Below are positions 19,423 through 29,443 of a DNA stretch of 64,000 nucleotides, one piece after another. The notes below the pieces were generated by a model that ran no database searches, was not told where the DNA came from, and was given only the letters and a program-made list of their open reading frames with translations. Source of the DNA: a virus; the IMG/VR virus record IMGVR_UViG_3300042922_000827, positions 23,774 to 87,773 of that record; one strand, written 5' to 3'. How positions within the stretch are numbered: position 1 is the first letter of the stretch; each line of letters begins with the position of its first letter. Position numbers and translations under genes: made by a program.

Positions 19423-20199
19423 TTAATCTTCGTCCATAATATCACTAATAGTGCTGGAAGAAGATTTGTTAGCCCCTGCGCCTTTATTAGCGAAATAACT
19501 AGAACCGCTGCTTTTTGATGATTTTTGAGTATACAGTTCAACACCAACACCTGATGCTATTTTAGCCAAACTTTCATTTGTGCGATTTTGTGAAAATGAT
19601 AAGTTGTCAACAACACTGAATGCCACAGCTCCAGTCATTGCATTATAATAGTTTTCAAGCATTGTAATTACTTGTAAAATTTCTAAGTTTTGAAATGAAT
19701 CATAGTCACTAGAAAAATCACCAGTTTTTTCATCGAATTTTTCAATAGCGCAATGATAATTACGCTTAAATTCATAAGCGTAAGAACTTTCCACTTGACC
19801 GCTTTCACCAATTTTTCTAATAATTAAGCATGGAGCATTTTTACCAAACTCTTCTCCTGTAGAAACAGTAATAAGACCTTGTCCAGCCCATGTTCCGCGT
19901 TGATTGAATGCTTTTGGATCTTTAACAAAACCTTTAAGAGTTTCAGCAAAGATGCGTGCTTTTGAATGGTTTAAGTAAATTGTTGCTGCTGCTTTTGTAT
20001 CCCATTTGATATTTTCATCTTTATTAGCCGTTTCAATTTTAGGAGAGATAGCAAGTTTAAGAGTACCTTTCCACATTGAATGGGATAAATTTGTTACATC
20101 GATCTCACTTTCAGTATTACTCATTGAATACCCATATACAGTTGGACGATATTGATCCTTTTCTTTTTCACCATTATTATTGTAGCTTCCTAATGCCAT
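19423..20199 (-). CDS. putative single-stranded DNA-binding protein
   Basis: beta-rich core, S/G-rich linker and acidic tip (DIMDED); inference. Confidence 0.4.
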   Translation of the reverse strand: MALGSYNNNGEKEKDQYRPTVYGYSMSNTESEIDVTNLSHSMWKGTLKLAISPKIETANKDENIKWDTKAAATIYLNHSKARIFAETLKGFVKDPKAFNQRGTWAGQGLITVSTGEEFGKNAPCLIIRKIGESGQVESSYAYEFKRNYHCAIEKFDEKTGDFSSDYDSFQNLEILQVITMLENYYNAMTGAVAFSVVDNLSFSQNRTNESLAKIASGVGVELYTQKSSKSSGSSYFANKGAGANKSSSSTISDIMDED

Positions 20200-20276
20200 T
20201 ATGACATCCTCCTTTAAATTAAATAAATTTAATTATAGTATTGATTATAAAAATGTATGTGTTATAATCAAAAGCT

Positions 20277-20310
20277 AATAAGGGACATAGCCTTAGCTAT
20301 GTCCCTTATT
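20277..20310 (-). terminator. terminator hairpin
   Basis: AATAAGGGACATAGC / GCTATGTCCCTTATT. Confidence 0.7.
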
Positions 20311-20312
20311 GA

Positions 20313-21458
20313 TTAATTATCAAATCCATAATTTACATAAAGTCTTGTTTTATTCTGATAGATTTTATTTTTTGATATAGTGCCGCGCAAATTATTATAT
20401 TTATTATACAAATCCATCCAACGTTTGTAGGCTACTCTATCTAATTCTTCTGAAGTTAAGAAATCATCAATTACAGCCATACGGGAATTAATCTGGTGAA
20501 TCAACAATACAGCATCGTCTTGTGTTTCCATATTGTTTACATTGAATTCGATTTCATAAAAATCATCTTCATAACCTTTAATGCCGTTAAGTTTCATCTT
20601 ATTCGCATTGCGTTTAAATACCTGCACAATATCGTCAATAAAACTTTCCGATATAAGAACATCATCGTCTATTCTTTCTAATCGACGAATGATATTGCTC
20701 ATTTCTTTGCGTTCTAATTTAGATGCAGTAATTTCCATTCCTTTATTGAGAGTATGAATAGCAGCAATACGATTATGTAGTACGTCTTTATATAACCGCA
20801 TTACCCAAGATAATACAACGACCTTATTATCAATAGGACTATTTACATTATACCCATTGCATGATATTTTACTCATTGCACTTTTCAACAAATCTGAATT
20901 ACCGCAATCTATATCAAACTGATCTACGATTTCGTTTTCTTCAGCTTCAAATATAGATGTAACTTTACGCAATGCATCTCTAATACCATAAGAAAGAATT
21001 TCTATATAGTGTATAGAATCTGTAAGTTTGATAGTTTCATTGCGCTGCAAAAGATAATTATCAATATTATTTTTTACTAACTCCATTGGAGTAGAATCTG
21101 TAACTAGATGAGAAACCTCATGTAATATGATAGCAGATATCTCTTTATATGACAATGCCATACCAGCATCAAATAGTTTTGAATCTAATTCCAAATAGTA
21201 CTCAGAAACAATATACTTATCGTCATTTTGAATGATACCGATAACATTCTTAGCTGGTATTATAGGCATTGCACATACTCCAAAAAACATTTTATCAGTA
21301 TTTTCAGTATAGATTACTTGTTTGCATCCATTACCAAATAAACGATTTAATGAATTTTTTGTCTCATTAAGTATATTTGAATTTTGTTGTCGTAAAAGAA
21401 CTTCTATACATGAATCAAAATCTGAAATATCGTTACGCAGTTTTTCACTAATAGCCAT
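20313..21458 (-). CDS. HExxH metallopeptidase-like virion protein
   Basis: AIILHEVSH motif; directly downstream of the capsid gene; LISE/S putative cleavage site. Confidence 0.5.
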   Translation of the reverse strand: MAISEKLRNDISDFDSCIEVLLRQQNSNILNETKNSLNRLFGNGCKQVIYTENTDKMFFGVCAMPIIPAKNVIGIIQNDDKYIVSEYYLELDSKLFDAGMALSYKEISAIILHEVSHLVTDSTPMELVKNNIDNYLLQRNETIKLTDSIHYIEILSYGIRDALRKVTSIFEAEENEIVDQFDIDCGNSDLLKSAMSKISCNGYNVNSPIDNKVVVLSWVMRLYKDVLHNRIAAIHTLNKGMEITASKLERKEMSNIIRRLERIDDDVLISESFIDDIVQVFKRNANKMKLNGIKGYEDDFYEIEFNVNNMETQDDAVLLIHQINSRMAVIDDFLTSEELDRVAYKRWMDLYNKYNNLRGTISKNKIYQNKTRLYVNYGFDN

Positions 21459-21483
21459 TGAATACACCTCCTTATTTACTAAA

Positions 21484-21519
21484 AAATATAGACCTACAGA
21501 TATCTGTAGGTCTATATTT
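21484..21519 (-). terminator. 36-bp perfect palindrome, terminator after capsid gene
   Basis: AAATATAGACCTACAGAT|ATCTGTAGGTCTATATTT. Confidence 0.8.
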
Positions 21520-21528
21520 AAATTTTAA

Positions 21529-23358
21529 TTATGGTTTGATCGCACCATTAATTGCACTAGCATATGTTACACCGTTTGCAGTATAGTCATTTGCAGCACT
21601 AACACCAATTGGATCTGCATTATTAATATCTTCACGAAGACCAGTTGGGTTCATGATCTGAATACGTCCTTGTACAGGTTGGTATTCCAAGAACATCCAG
21701 CGTTCGAAGCAAGTAATACCAGGCAACTGATAGTTGGTAGTATCACGAATTTCGTTTGAGATGTATAATTGATAATCAACAATTTTGTACATTACCCTTT
21801 GGCTGTTGCGAGGAGTAAGAATAACAATTAAATTGTTGTTATTACGCATCTTTTGGCTAGAAATGAATTGGTATACACGTTTCTCGCCAGTAACAATGGT
21901 CTTTTTGTAATCAAGCTCAATTGGACCAATGTTAGATGGGCTAGAGTAGCTATAATCGCGAGGAGTGATTTTCTTAATCAACTCTGGGCGACCAAATACA
22001 GTTACTGACATGTTTTCATCGTTAAGAACATTTAACATGTAAGTTACTTGAGTATCCAAATAATCCATAAAGGTTTCTTGTCTCCATGATACATGAGAAC
22101 CCATGTAAGAACCTTGAGGAGGAATGAAGTCAAATGCTCCACTAATTTTCTGAGTTGAAGGTAATTTTAAGAAAGATTTATCAAGCTCATCATGAATAGT
22201 GTCATCTTTATAATGCATCAAACCTAAACGCATTTGGCTCATGATTTTAGTAATTTGATTTACGTTATAAAGTGCAGTGACATCTTTTACTTCTTCGGGA
22301 GATACTGTGGTTGTCATGTGCGGTGCTTCTGGAACTTCGAAGATATCCGTACGAGCACTCCATTTTGTTCTGCAAGTTGGGAATGCAGCAGATGATACAT
22401 CGACTACAGCATTAAGACGAACAGCTTTAACATCAGCCGTGTTCATGCAAGTAATCATAAATTTATTTTTCTTTACATAGCCGCTAATGATACCTTTAAC
22501 AATTTTTGTGTTAGTAGCATCAGTTTTTGCAACTACTGTAAAAGAAGCCATGATAGAGCGATCGAATTCACCATAAGATGGAACGAATTTCAAATCCCCT
22601 ACATTAAACAATACTGGTTTTACACCGGCTCCGCCAGCTTCTACAGTATCAATAGTTTTGGTTGTTGTATTGTAATACTTCTCACCGACTGCAACGTAGC
22701 TATCAATAAGAACTGCATTGATACAAGTTTTAATACTTAAATTAGCATTGCTAATTCCGAATTCATCTTTTAAAATATCAAGAGATTCGTTTTCTGGAAG
22801 AGTAATGATAATATCTTTTGTTGGGACACTATTTTTAATAGCATCTTTGATTTTGTACTGTTCCAAGAACATATCGATTTCTTCTCCGTCTGGAGTAACA
22901 AGAGTTCTTGTTTCCATAGTTAAAGTAAACTTAGGAGATTTAGTGATATCTTTTGGCATCGATTGATCAAAAACAGCATTCATCAAAAGATTTTTATGCA
23001 TAGGGAAAGTAATACCAATAACAGGATTGAATGCTCCTAAAGGTGCATTTTCAGATATTGCCTTACGGTCATTAAGATATAATTCCCCAAGATCTGCTTC
23101 AAGTTGAGCAATGTCTTCTGCATCTTGATACCTAGGATCTTTAGGATCGTAAGCCTCTTTAATGAAAAGTTTCCTCATCTCATCGTTTGTGGCATTTTTT
23201 TGAAAGAACATTGAAGGTTGTTCGTATAAACTAACACCCGATTCGCTTATAGCGCTTTTTGCAATGTCTAAGAACTGCTCGGCTAATTTATACATTGAAT
23301 CTTTTCTATAACCTTTTGACGCTGCCAAAGGGTTTTCGCGTTCACCTACAGCTGGCAT
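21529..23358 (-). CDS. major capsid protein
   Basis: 609 aa; helical propeptide ending at AISE/NAP; own late promoter (23437-23448), strong RBS and terminator; lies in the head gene cluster. Confidence 0.7.
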   Translation of the reverse strand: MPAVGERENPLAASKGYRKDSMYKLAEQFLDIAKSAISESGVSLYEQPSMFFQKNATNDEMRKLFIKEAYDPKDPRYQDAEDIAQLEADLGELYLNDRKAISENAPLGAFNPVIGITFPMHKNLLMNAVFDQSMPKDITKSPKFTLTMETRTLVTPDGEEIDMFLEQYKIKDAIKNSVPTKDIIITLPENESLDILKDEFGISNANLSIKTCINAVLIDSYVAVGEKYYNTTTKTIDTVEAGGAGVKPVLFNVGDLKFVPSYGEFDRSIMASFTVVAKTDATNTKIVKGIISGYVKKNKFMITCMNTADVKAVRLNAVVDVSSAAFPTCRTKWSARTDIFEVPEAPHMTTTVSPEEVKDVTALYNVNQITKIMSQMRLGLMHYKDDTIHDELDKSFLKLPSTQKISGAFDFIPPQGSYMGSHVSWRQETFMDYLDTQVTYMLNVLNDENMSVTVFGRPELIKKITPRDYSYSSPSNIGPIELDYKKTIVTGEKRVYQFISSQKMRNNNNLIVILTPRNSQRVMYKIVDYQLYISNEIRDTTNYQLPGITCFERWMFLEYQPVQGRIQIMNPTGLREDINNADPIGVSAANDYTANGVTYASAINGAIKP

Positions 23359-23436
23359 AATATATTTCCTCCTTAATGAAAATTATAATTTTTATTTTTG
23401 GTTTATTATATTTTAACCTAATCAGGTTTAAATATT

Positions 23437-23448
23437 TACTATATTGTT
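23437..23448 (-). promoter_or_regulatory. late-type promoter
   Basis: AACA-ATATAG-TA upstream of the capsid gene, followed by a short leader hairpin. Confidence 0.65.
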
Positions 23449-23477
23449 ATATTTAGCAGATACTATTCAATTAAAAT

Positions 23478-24662
23478 TCATTTCTTATTTTTGCCCAATT
23501 CTTCTAAAATATTGGTAAGAGTTGAGAAGATTGCCATGTGCCGTTGTAGTATTATTTGATTCTCCACGTAGCTTCTGGTGTCATAAGACTGAATTAGAGA
23601 GTCTCTTACGAGGTCTTTTAACTCTAAAAGCTTCCTCGTAACAAATTCGATGGGTCTGATATTGTCTTCGACTCTGTTTACTTTAGAGAGACGATCTATA
23701 CATTTCTCTATATTTGCATAGAGAGAAACAAACTGAGTTTTTAATTCTGTTTGTTTAATTTCTATTTGTTCTGGAGACATATTAGAGAACAATTCTGTCT
23801 CCATTTGTTTTATCTCGTCGTCTCCTTCGCCTCCACCTTGAACATCGTCTCCAGTACCTGTTCCATCATCTCCATCCCGCTCATCTCCGTAGTTAGGGGT
23901 AGAATCATCGTCACCTTCACCGGTTCCGCCATCTACATTTGGGTCGCTGCCTGTACCATCATCACCATCTGTTCCTCCTCCATCTACAGTTCCATCATCT
24001 CCACCTGGGTTGTCGTCGCCATAGTTAGGGGTTAGATCGTCGTCACCTCCACCAGTTCCACCATCTGTATTTGGATCATCGTTATTATCTAACCCAGAAT
24101 CCAAATTCCCACCAGTATTATCATCTCCTGCTCCATTATCTCCAGGAGTTCCTGCATTTGTAGTATTATCGTTTCCATCGTCTAGATTATCATCACCGTA
24201 GTTAGGAGTTAAATCATCATCACCTTCTTCTCCTGTAGTAGTATCATCAGGATTGGAAGGGGCTCCATCTGTTCCGACTACTTCATTTGCATCTGGATTG
24301 TCTGTAGTATAGTTGGGAGTTGTATCATCTTGGCTGTCTTCTCCTCCATCTATATGCTCTGTACCTGTAGGAGCAGGAGTATTTTGGTTATCTATATTAT
24401 CATTTGCGCCATCTTGATCATCATCAGTATAGTTAGCTGTGTCGTTTTTATCATCTTCTGTATCTAACGATTTTCCATTAGCAATGATTTCTTCATTTAC
24501 ACTGCTTCTATATTCTGGATCTATTCGCATTCTTTCTTTAATGGAACGAAGTTTACTTAACCATCTTTTATCATTTTGCTGTTCAGCTATAGCGATATAT
24601 TTATTCAATAGTGTATCTTTACTATAATCTTCATTCAGTACGAATTTATTAAAATCAAACAC
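23478..24662 (-). CDS. acidic repeat protein, putative prohead scaffold/core
   Basis: D/G/T-rich centre with five T(P/A)NY(G/T) repeats; helical C-terminus; VLNE site; adjacent to the capsid gene. Confidence 0.5.
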   Translation of the reverse strand: MFDFNKFVLNEDYSKDTLLNKYIAIAEQQNDKRWLSKLRSIKERMRIDPEYRSSVNEEIIANGKSLDTEDDKNDTANYTDDDQDGANDNIDNQNTPAPTGTEHIDGGEDSQDDTTPNYTTDNPDANEVVGTDGAPSNPDDTTTGEEGDDDLTPNYGDDNLDDGNDNTTNAGTPGDNGAGDDNTGGNLDSGLDNNDDPNTDGGTGGGDDDLTPNYGDDNPGGDDGTVDGGGTDGDDGTGSDPNVDGGTGEGDDDSTPNYGDERDGDDGTGTGDDVQGGGEGDDEIKQMETELFSNMSPEQIEIKQTELKTQFVSLYANIEKCIDRLSKVNRVEDNIRPIEFVTRKLLELKDLVRDSLIQSYDTRSYVENQIILQRHMAIFSTLTNILEELGKNKK

Positions 24663-24676
24663 ATTTATACCTCCTT

Positions 24677-26953
24677 CTAATCATTTTCTTTTCCTAATGG
24701 CTTAACGTTATTATCATCCCACTCAAGTTTAATTTTATATCTTAGTCTTGCATCTTGAGCTTGTAATTTTTTCTTAAGAAGAAGAAGTTCTCTAAGACGT
24801 TTCATATCTTTATTATCTTCTGCTATAGCGATATATTTATCTACCATAGTAAGTTCAACGTCTAGTTCATCCAATACCAATTGACGCTCTTTGGTTCTTA
24901 TTCTAGAATTCATTGCAAACCTGCCAAGAAGTAAAATAAGAGCAGCCGCAGGATGAATGAGCCAAGCAGCTCCAGCTGTAACGATAGCCATTTTAATAAC
25001 TTTAGAAGCTTGAGGCAAAATGTCTCCACGGATAACAGCCTCTCTATTTTCCATAGTCATAGCCTTTTCCACACTTCTAGAAACCATAGCACATGCAGAG
25101 TCTACGCTTCTAGACATTATTTTTTCTTTATCGGAAAGATTGCTTACAACTTTAGATAACTTTTGGACTGCTAATTTTAAATTACTTGTCAAACTTAATT
25201 CATTTATAGACTGAACGTATGAATTTATAGAATTTGTATATTCATACAACTCATTTAGTTGAGAAAATAAATTTTCTTCGACTTCTGTATCTATGGAAAA
25301 TATATTATCGAACGAATCAAAACTATTCATATTACTAATATCTTCCACATCGCTAGACATAAGTTTAGAAATATTTTCAGCATAACAATTAATCTTATTA
25401 TAATTGATAATGCCATTTATTGAAGCTTGTTTATCTGCAAATTGCAATGCTTCTATAAACTTATCTTTACTTAACATATGTGGATATTTAACACAAAACT
25501 CTGTAAGAAAATCTACATCCTCTAACTGCATTTCTACAATATTATTACTAGAGAATAAAACTTTCTCATTTGCCTTTTGATCCCATTTGATAGAGCTTAC
25601 AGCAGATTCGATAACCACTATATTGGTAGCTACAATTTTAGCATCTTCATCAAAGTTAATATTAAAGTTAAAATCTCCACCTTTATCAGGCTTTGTTTCC
25701 CAACTTTTCTTTTCATCATCTCCTCTAAGAGAATCAGAATATCCTTCCAATGAGTCGATGCTTTTATCCAACTGTTTTAGATATTCTTCCAATCTAGCTT
25801 TTTTCTTATTATCTTTACATTTATCTATCTTCCTGGCTACTGAATCTCTATTCCTATACCATACTTTGAGTATATCTGTCATATACTTTCTTTCAGTTAT
25901 AAAGTTTATTGTCTTTGCCACAATAGCAGCAAAGATTCCAGCATATACACTAATAGATATAGCGCCGACAACACATAAAAAATAAAAAGCTATAGATAAA
26001 AGATTCTTTGTACCATTTACTATATTATTATCTTTATTAACTACTAAAATATTTATAAGCATTAATTTTAATGCTTCTGGTGTTTTGGATGGAAGTGTTT
26101 TGAATTTATCTATAATATCTTTTGTTTTATCTTTTAAAGAAGATTCTAATAGAGAATCTATTGTATTCTCTTCGACTGTTTCTACTATAGAACTTTGCAA
26201 TCTTTCAATATAGCAAGCATCTTCATGTGTAAAGAATCTATTTTGTGCAGCAGTTTCTCCAAGAATATGTAATAGTTCTCTAGAAGAATCCTCTTCATTC
26301 ATATGAGTGCTTAAAAAATAATCAGTTACTGCTTCTAATATTGATGCCGAATTTGCCTTTACATTATTCTTATAAAAAGTAAATAATACTTCTTCTAATG
26401 CGATGCTATATTTAGAATTCACGCCCATATTATATGTATCGATAAAAGAACAAAGTTCATGAATCGTATCATTAATATTATCACCATATGCATTCTCTCT
26501 CACATAAGAATCAATATTAAATCTTTTGGAAATCATTAAATGATTTTTTATAAGTCTATCGCAATGAATACTTTCATTTATTCTACCTAAAATAGACGCT
26601 AAACAAGATTTTCGTACATCATTAGATTCTTTAATTTTTGTAGATATGACCGGTCTAAGCAGCGATGGATCATCTAATGAAAAAATAATATTCTCATTAA
26701 TTCTGTCTGTAATAGTATCGAGCTGTTTGCTTGTTCCCTTAGATGAAACAATATCAAATAGCTCCAATACTTTATCTAGAGATTCCCCCATATTTTCAGA
26801 ATACGATGCCCATCTTTCTACAGAATTTTTAATATTATCAAAATTATAATTTTCTTTATAAGATTGATATAAAGGATATGGTATAGACCCTCTAAATGGC
26901 TTTGTCCGATAGTATCGCTTGTTCAAAACTAATGTAGAAATACTTTCCTTCAT
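24677..26953 (-). CDS. large putative head protein with hydrophobic segments
   Basis: 758 aa; IKES, INES, LLESS, VIES, INEL sites; two hydrophobic hairpins. Confidence 0.5.
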   Translation of the reverse strand: MKESISTLVLNKRYYRTKPFRGSIPYPLYQSYKENYNFDNIKNSVERWASYSENMGESLDKVLELFDIVSSKGTSKQLDTITDRINENIIFSLDDPSLLRPVISTKIKESNDVRKSCLASILGRINESIHCDRLIKNHLMISKRFNIDSYVRENAYGDNINDTIHELCSFIDTYNMGVNSKYSIALEEVLFTFYKNNVKANSASILEAVTDYFLSTHMNEEDSSRELLHILGETAAQNRFFTHEDACYIERLQSSIVETVEENTIDSLLESSLKDKTKDIIDKFKTLPSKTPEALKLMLINILVVNKDNNIVNGTKNLLSIAFYFLCVVGAISISVYAGIFAAIVAKTINFITERKYMTDILKVWYRNRDSVARKIDKCKDNKKKARLEEYLKQLDKSIDSLEGYSDSLRGDDEKKSWETKPDKGGDFNFNINFDEDAKIVATNIVVIESAVSSIKWDQKANEKVLFSSNNIVEMQLEDVDFLTEFCVKYPHMLSKDKFIEALQFADKQASINGIINYNKINCYAENISKLMSSDVEDISNMNSFDSFDNIFSIDTEVEENLFSQLNELYEYTNSINSYVQSINELSLTSNLKLAVQKLSKVVSNLSDKEKIMSRSVDSACAMVSRSVEKAMTMENREAVIRGDILPQASKVIKMAIVTAGAAWLIHPAAALILLLGRFAMNSRIRTKERQLVLDELDVELTMVDKYIAIAEDNKDMKRLRELLLLKKKLQAQDARLRYKIKLEWDDNNVKPLGKEND

Positions 26954-27029
26954 TATACATCCTCTCCCTTTTAAATTCGTTTAATATAAAGTTTGATATT
27001 TCTTTATTCTATTATGTTAGATACAAAAA

Positions 27030-27057
27030 ATAAAGCATCTCATATGAGATGCTTTAT
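27030..27057. terminator. 28-bp perfect palindrome
   Basis: ATAAAGCATCTCAT|ATGAGATGCTTTAT. Confidence 0.75.
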
Positions 27058-27106
27058 ATGTTTTTATTAGTCTTTGATTAAATTTATAGTTTTTGTTTCG
27101 CCATCA

Positions 27107-28150
27107 CTATCTAATATTTTCTTCATTTTCACTCCTCCTGGCGGCTATTAAATCTTCCCATGTTTTAGATTTAGAAGATGAATATATTTCTCGCATTTTT
27201 AATACAAGAGATTTTTCTTCCTCAGTTAAAATTACTTCTATCTTTTGGTCAAATGCTTGAGATATACGAGTAGAATCCGATGATTTATCAAACTTATAAT
27301 TTTTAGATAAAACCTTTCCAGGTATTATTTCTTGATCGAAATCATTTATAACTTTAAGACCAAATGGAACAACCCCATCAATAATAGACTGCAAATGTTC
27401 TTCTATAGCTTTGGTGCGACAATTCTCACTATTTAGTATTTTTTTAGCTTCTTCTTGCAACCATTCCCAAACACTTTCAGGGATAGAAGTAAATCTATTT
27501 TCGAATTGAGGATATAAAAGATCGCCGAATTTGGTTATTTCGAATGGCTCTTGTAGCCCATTCCATCGTTTAACAAATTCTAAAGCAACTGATTTGCCTT
27601 GAGCTCCTGTCATACCTCCGGTACTTCTATCTATTGCATTGGCGGCAGCGATCGCTGCCGCCGTTGCCGCTTGGAGAATAGAGCCATATGTGCTATTCGC
27701 CAATTTATTACAAAAATCTGATAGTGTTTCTAATGTTTGTATTTTTGCATCTTTATACCATTCTTCTTGTAATTGTATTTTGCTATTAAAACCATATTTA
27801 AAAGCATTGAAGAATGGGTTTTGTTCTCCATTATCTCCATCTAATAATTCTAATGTAAATGATTCATCAATATTTTCTCTTCCAGCATATGGAGAAGTTT
27901 GATTTACGCGCACTACACGATCGCCAATCTTTTCAATTTTTGCACCGATGTATATTTCCCCAAATCCTAGGTCGTAAGCCATCCTAATACCAACAAATTT
28001 ATCTGTATCACGATCACTAAAAGTAAAAATATATTTTATTACTCTATTGGGCTTTCCATAAATGCTGATTGTTTTATCTTTGAGGGTTTGCAAAGACACG
28101 CAAACCCCACTCAAATTTGATTCTGTTAAAATAATTTGTTTATCAGTCAT
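27107..28150 (-). CDS. hypothetical early protein
   Basis: start MTDKQ with GGAGG RBS. Confidence 0.8.
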   Translation of the reverse strand: MTDKQIILTESNLSGVCVSLQTLKDKTISIYGKPNRVIKYIFTFSDRDTDKFVGIRMAYDLGFGEIYIGAKIEKIGDRVVRVNQTSPYAGRENIDESFTLELLDGDNGEQNPFFNAFKYGFNSKIQLQEEWYKDAKIQTLETLSDFCNKLANSTYGSILQAATAAAIAAANAIDRSTGGMTGAQGKSVALEFVKRWNGLQEPFEITKFGDLLYPQFENRFTSIPESVWEWLQEEAKKILNSENCRTKAIEEHLQSIIDGVVPFGLKVINDFDQEIIPGKVLSKNYKFDKSSDSTRISQAFDQKIEVILTEEEKSLVLKMREIYSSSKSKTWEDLIAARRSENEENIR

Positions 28151-28166
28151 AATTTCTAACCTCCAT

Positions 28167-28397
28167 TTATTTTTTATTATTTTTTGCTTTAAAGCATTCT
28201 TTAGAAACACGCGTACATTTCTTAAGCGATGTTAATGGAACTGTTTTCTCAACAATACTATTGAATTTTATAGTAGCTGTATTATTAAAAACATACATAA
28301 TGCAAACTTTCACTGGAGGTGGCGGCACCGAAGACTTCTCGTCAGACCAATCGTATATTGCTATATCTCCAGGTAAAATATCATTAATTTTTTCCAT
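28167..28397 (-). CDS. small hypothetical protein (SH3/KOW-like pattern)
   Basis: PGDIAIY...VPLTSLKK; GAGGGG RBS. Confidence 0.6.
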   Translation of the reverse strand: MEKINDILPGDIAIYDWSDEKSSVPPPPVKVCIMYVFNNTATIKFNSIVEKTVPLTSLKKCTRVSKECFKAKNNKK

Positions 28398-28399
28398 TT

Positions 28400-28723
28400 T
28401 TAAATCCCCTCTATATTTATTTTACCTTTATTTATATACTCTTGCTGTTCTTTTAAAGACAGAAACATAGGTCTAAACCATGCTTGCGGGCAATTATCGT
28501 CTATATATTTTAGTGCAATAGGTCTTGCTGAAATTATAATAATCTGTAGCATCGGAGCCGAACCATAATCTTCTTTAGTATCTCCCCATCTTCCTTTCAT
28601 TTCTTTCATTGATTCGTCTTCTACAATTAATTTGACTACGTCTTCAATTTGATTTTCAAACATTCCATTCTTATGCAAATATTCTTTTAAGCCATCTAAT
28701 AGAGTAGGTGATTTTTTATCCAT
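28400..28723 (-). CDS. hypothetical protein
   Basis: 107-aa ORF; GGGGGA RBS. Confidence 0.75.
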   Translation of the reverse strand: MDKKSPTLLDGLKEYLHKNGMFENQIEDVVKLIVEDESMKEMKGRWGDTKEDYGSAPMLQIIIISARPIALKYIDDNCPQAWFRPMFLSLKEQQEYINKGKINIEGI

Positions 28724-28736
28724 TATAACTTCCCCC

Positions 28737-28856
28737 TTATAAATTAAATTGCCAATTTTTCATCATTTCGATTTGTTCGCTAGTAAATGAGTCGATATTA
28801 TTATCGCTCAAACATACTTCTAGCATTAATCTAACTAACTCTTCATTTTTATCCAT
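28737..28856 (-). CDS. 39-aa early peptide (not in ORF track)
   Basis: MDKNEELVRLMLEVCLSDNNIDSFTSEQIEMMKNWQFNL; RBS/start context nearly identical to the next gene; first gene after the early promoter. Confidence 0.6.
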   Translation of the reverse strand: MDKNEELVRLMLEVCLSDNNIDSFTSEQIEMMKNWQFNL

Positions 28857-28878
28857 TATAAATCCCCCTTATTTATTC

Positions 28879-28897
28879 TCATTTATATAATATATAA
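28879..28897 (-). promoter_or_regulatory. early-type promoter
   Basis: TTATATATTATA-TAAA-TGA on minus strand. Confidence 0.75.
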
Positions 28898-28910
28898 TCA
28901 AAAAGAAATA

Positions 28911-28946
28911 AATATGCAGTATAGCAATTTTGCTATACTGCATATT
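28911..28946 (-). terminator. terminator hairpin
   Basis: 17-bp arms AATATGCAGTATAGCAA / TTGCTATACTGCATATT. Confidence 0.75.
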
Positions 28947-28948
28947 AT

Positions 28949-29371
28949 TCATTCACCAAAACATTCAGTGTATATTTCTCTACAACGTCTAATGTAAGTT
29001 TCTAAAGAGTCACTAAAATATTTACCTCTCTTTAGTGCCATAATATACTCTTCTAACGTTGTAACTTGATCGATTCCATTCTCAATGTAATACCCAAGAT
29101 ATCTTCCAAAATAATCCCCATATTCTTCAAATGTATTAAAATTCATATAGTAGTAAGGACCATCTGGTTGTGGCGTATCGTTTTCTTCTTCTTGAGTTAG
29201 ACCTCCAAGATTATGATTTGATGCTTGAAGATCTGAAGTGAACAAACCGGTTTCGTGAGCAAATTGACAGTAAATCCATCTCCAGCTTATATTACATAAA
29301 CCTTTCTTTTTAGACGCAGATTCTGCTGCAATACATGCGATACCAGCGAAATATTCGTTAATAGTTTCCAT
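28949..29371 (-). CDS. glucosaminidase (GH73) peptidoglycan hydrolase
   Basis: CQFAHETG...NHNLGGL and ALKRGKYFSD motifs typical of GH73. Confidence 0.75.
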   Translation of the reverse strand: METINEYFAGIACIAAESASKKKGLCNISWRWIYCQFAHETGLFTSDLQASNHNLGGLTQEEENDTPQPDGPYYYMNFNTFEEYGDYFGRYLGYYIENGIDQVTTLEEYIMALKRGKYFSDSLETYIRRCREIYTECFGE

Positions 29372-29443
29372 ATTTATTCACCTACTTTAATATATTAAGG
29401 TGGACCACCACCTTATATTAAAGTTATAAAAAATAAAGGAGAA

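Noticed and set aside
14325-23358. Chimallin (phage nucleus shell) or PhuZ tubulin
   Set aside because: No tubulin GGGTGSG motif was seen, and the ~600-aa proteins are better explained as chaperonin and capsid; cannot be excluded elsewhere in the genome.
28713-28873. Near-identical ~27-bp repeats around the 39-aa ORF
   Set aside because: They cover only the RBS and first codons (MDK); explained by a shared translation-start context or a local duplication.
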